Source of the DNA: Chiloscyllium plagiosum
Taxonomy: Eukaryota
Length of the DNA: 64,000 nt
Reading direction: 5' to 3'
NCBI RefSeq assembly: GCF_004010195.1
Contig: NC_057750.1
Coordinates: forward strand, 10,690,047-10,754,046
Below, piece after piece: positions 62,090 to 64,000 of the stretch. The stretch's first letter is position 1. Each line of letters opens with the position of its first letter. A program made the position numbers and the translations under genes. The notes beneath the pieces are model-generated. The model worked only from the letters and a program-made list of their open reading frames with translations, was not told where the DNA came from and did no database searches.

Positions 62090-62430
62090 GAATTATGTTA
62101 ACTGTGTGTGTGTTTGCAAGTGTGTGTCTGTATCCGTGTGTGTATCTGTGTGTGTCACTATCCATTTGTATATGTGTTTGAGTGAGGGTATCTATGTGTA
62201 TATTTGTGTGAATATCGGTATCCATGTGTATGAGTATCGGTAACTGTGTTGGTATCTGCGTGTTTCTCAGTAGGTCTCTGCTTATTGGTATTTGTTGCAT
62301 GAGTCTATCTCTATGCCTGTACCTGTCCAGGTGTGCGAGTGAATGTGAATAGATATTTCTGTAATTCATTATATATTCTGATACATATGTGTTTGTTGTT
62401 CTGTGAATTTGTGTGTATGTGTTTTTGTGA
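62090..62430. repeat. TG-rich low-complexity tract
   Basis: Degenerate TG/TA mosaic. Confidence 0.85.
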
Positions 62431-62536
62431 AATGAGTTGTCACCTCCAGTCTGCATTCTCCAGCTCCATCCTGTCTGTGCATTTGTCCCTCCACTTCCCC
62501 TCCCTCAGGGTGCCTGATGCCCTGTCTCCAATGCCT

Positions 62537-62827
62537 TTACATTACATTACATTAGATTACATTACATTACATTGTGGAAACAGGCCCTTCGGCCCAACAA
62601 GTCCACACCGACCTGCCGAAGCGCAACCCACCCATTTACCCCTTACCTAACACTACGGGCAATTTAGCATGTACATCTTTGGTCTGTGGGAGGAAACCGG
62701 AGCACCCGGAGGAAACCCACGCAGACACGGGGAGAACGTGCAAACTCCATACAGTCAGTCGCCTGAGGCGGGAATTGAACCCGGGTCTCTGGCACTGTGA
62801 GGCAGCAGTGCTAACCACTGTGCCGCC
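62537..62827 (-). mobile_element. Young HE1 SINE with expanded (TTACA)n tail
   Basis: ttacattacattacattagattacattacattaca followed by the HE1 body. Confidence 0.93.
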
Positions 62828-63624
62828 TTATTACCTTTATTCCTCTATCCTTCTACCCCAGGTCTCTGTATGTCTGTCTAGCTCTAAATCCCTTCAGCTT
62901 GTGCTCCAACAGGTGATTTATTTTAATAGCATTACTTTCATCTGTAGAAATGTTTCCAAAGCCTCCGTTAACTTGGGGTTAATTTAAGAGAGAGAGCTAT
63001 GTTTGGAGCACGGTAGTGTGTAGTTTGGCACTCTCCCAAGCTCGTTAGGCTTATTCACTGACCTCCTTCCTTGAAAAGCAATTTTTTTTACAAGTTTGGC
63101 TTCTACACTTTAGACTAATTGCTGCACATTCCAGTCTATAAATGAGCTTCCTGCAACCTTTTAAGTTTCACTGCAGGCTTAGAATACAGGGGTCCTGGTA
63201 GGTGTATGGCATGAATTTTTGAGCAGATTTTAAGCTGTTTTCCCCACCAAATATAACAAATACTAATTATATCCACCCCCCGTCCTGATCTTCAGAGGAG
63301 CTTGCTGATTGATCCAAGCTGCTAACCTACTGATTTCCAAGAAATCGGTGTTAATCCCCTTTCCATCCAATGGGATAATGAAAGATGGCCTTCATCATGT
63401 GGCTCAGTGACTAGCTCTCTTGCTCCTGAATCATATGTTTATAGGTTCAAATTCCCATGTGGGCTGACTATGTGCTGCACTGTCAGATTTGCTGCATGCC
63501 TGAAAGCGTCAGGAGGAGGTCATTTGGCCCCTTGAAACTGTTATAGAAGCATAGTCATACAGCATGGAAACAGACACCTCAGTCTAACCAGTCCATGCCA
63601 AACATAATCCCATTTGGAGTGACT

Positions 63625-64000
63625 TTGGAGTGCAGGTTCATAGCTCCTTGAAAGTAGAGTCACAAGTAGATAGGATAGTGAAGAAGTTCGTTGGTATGTT
63701 TTCCCTTATAGGTCAGAGTATTGAGTACAGGAGTTGGGAGGTCATGTTGCGGCTGTACAGGATATTGGTTAGGCCACTGTTGGAACATTGTGTGCAATTC
63801 TGGTCTCCTTCCTATCAGAAGGATGTTGTGAAACTTGAGAGTGTTCAGAGGAGATTTACAAGGATGTTGCCAGAGTTGGAGGATTTGAGCTATTGAATAG
63901 GCTGGGGCTGTTTTTCCTGGAGCTTTGGAGGCTGAGAGGTAACCTTATAAAAGTTTATAAAATCATGAGGGGCCTGGATAGGATAAATAGACAAAGTCTT
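63625..64000 (+). mobile_element. CR1/HER1 fragment running off the window
   Basis: VRPLLEHCVQFWSPSYQKDVVKLESVQRRFTRMLP. Confidence 0.92.

Overview
Repeat-dominated vertebrate genomic DNA. The HE1 SINEs and HER1/CR1 LINE tails point to an elasmobranch (shark); this is inferred from the repeat families. No intact host protein-coding gene can be supported, and nearly all ORFs in the track are transposon remnants or low-complexity artefacts. Contents: a decayed near-full-length L1 (859-7100) with three nested insertions; many CR1/HER1 fragments; HE1 SINEs, DeuSINE-like SINEs and a second tRNA-derived SINE family; Rex/Babar and L2 fragments; several minisatellites; two assembly gaps. Most notable: (1) a family of ~210-230 bp palindromic Penelope-derived insertions with 13-16 bp TSDs that carry minimal hammerhead ribozyme cores, plus a larger inverted Penelope GIY-YIG remnant; (2) a pre-tRNA-Arg(CCT)/HE1 SINE chimeric insertion; (3) an 82-bp patch apparently templated from a SINE copy 11.5 kb away; (4) non-coding LINE-tailed elements; (5) a 21-bp-period array of ETS motifs; (6) a CTCF motif; (7) a tentative three-exon minus-strand transcript. 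Repeat family names come from motif recognition without database searches, and repeat boundaries are approximate.
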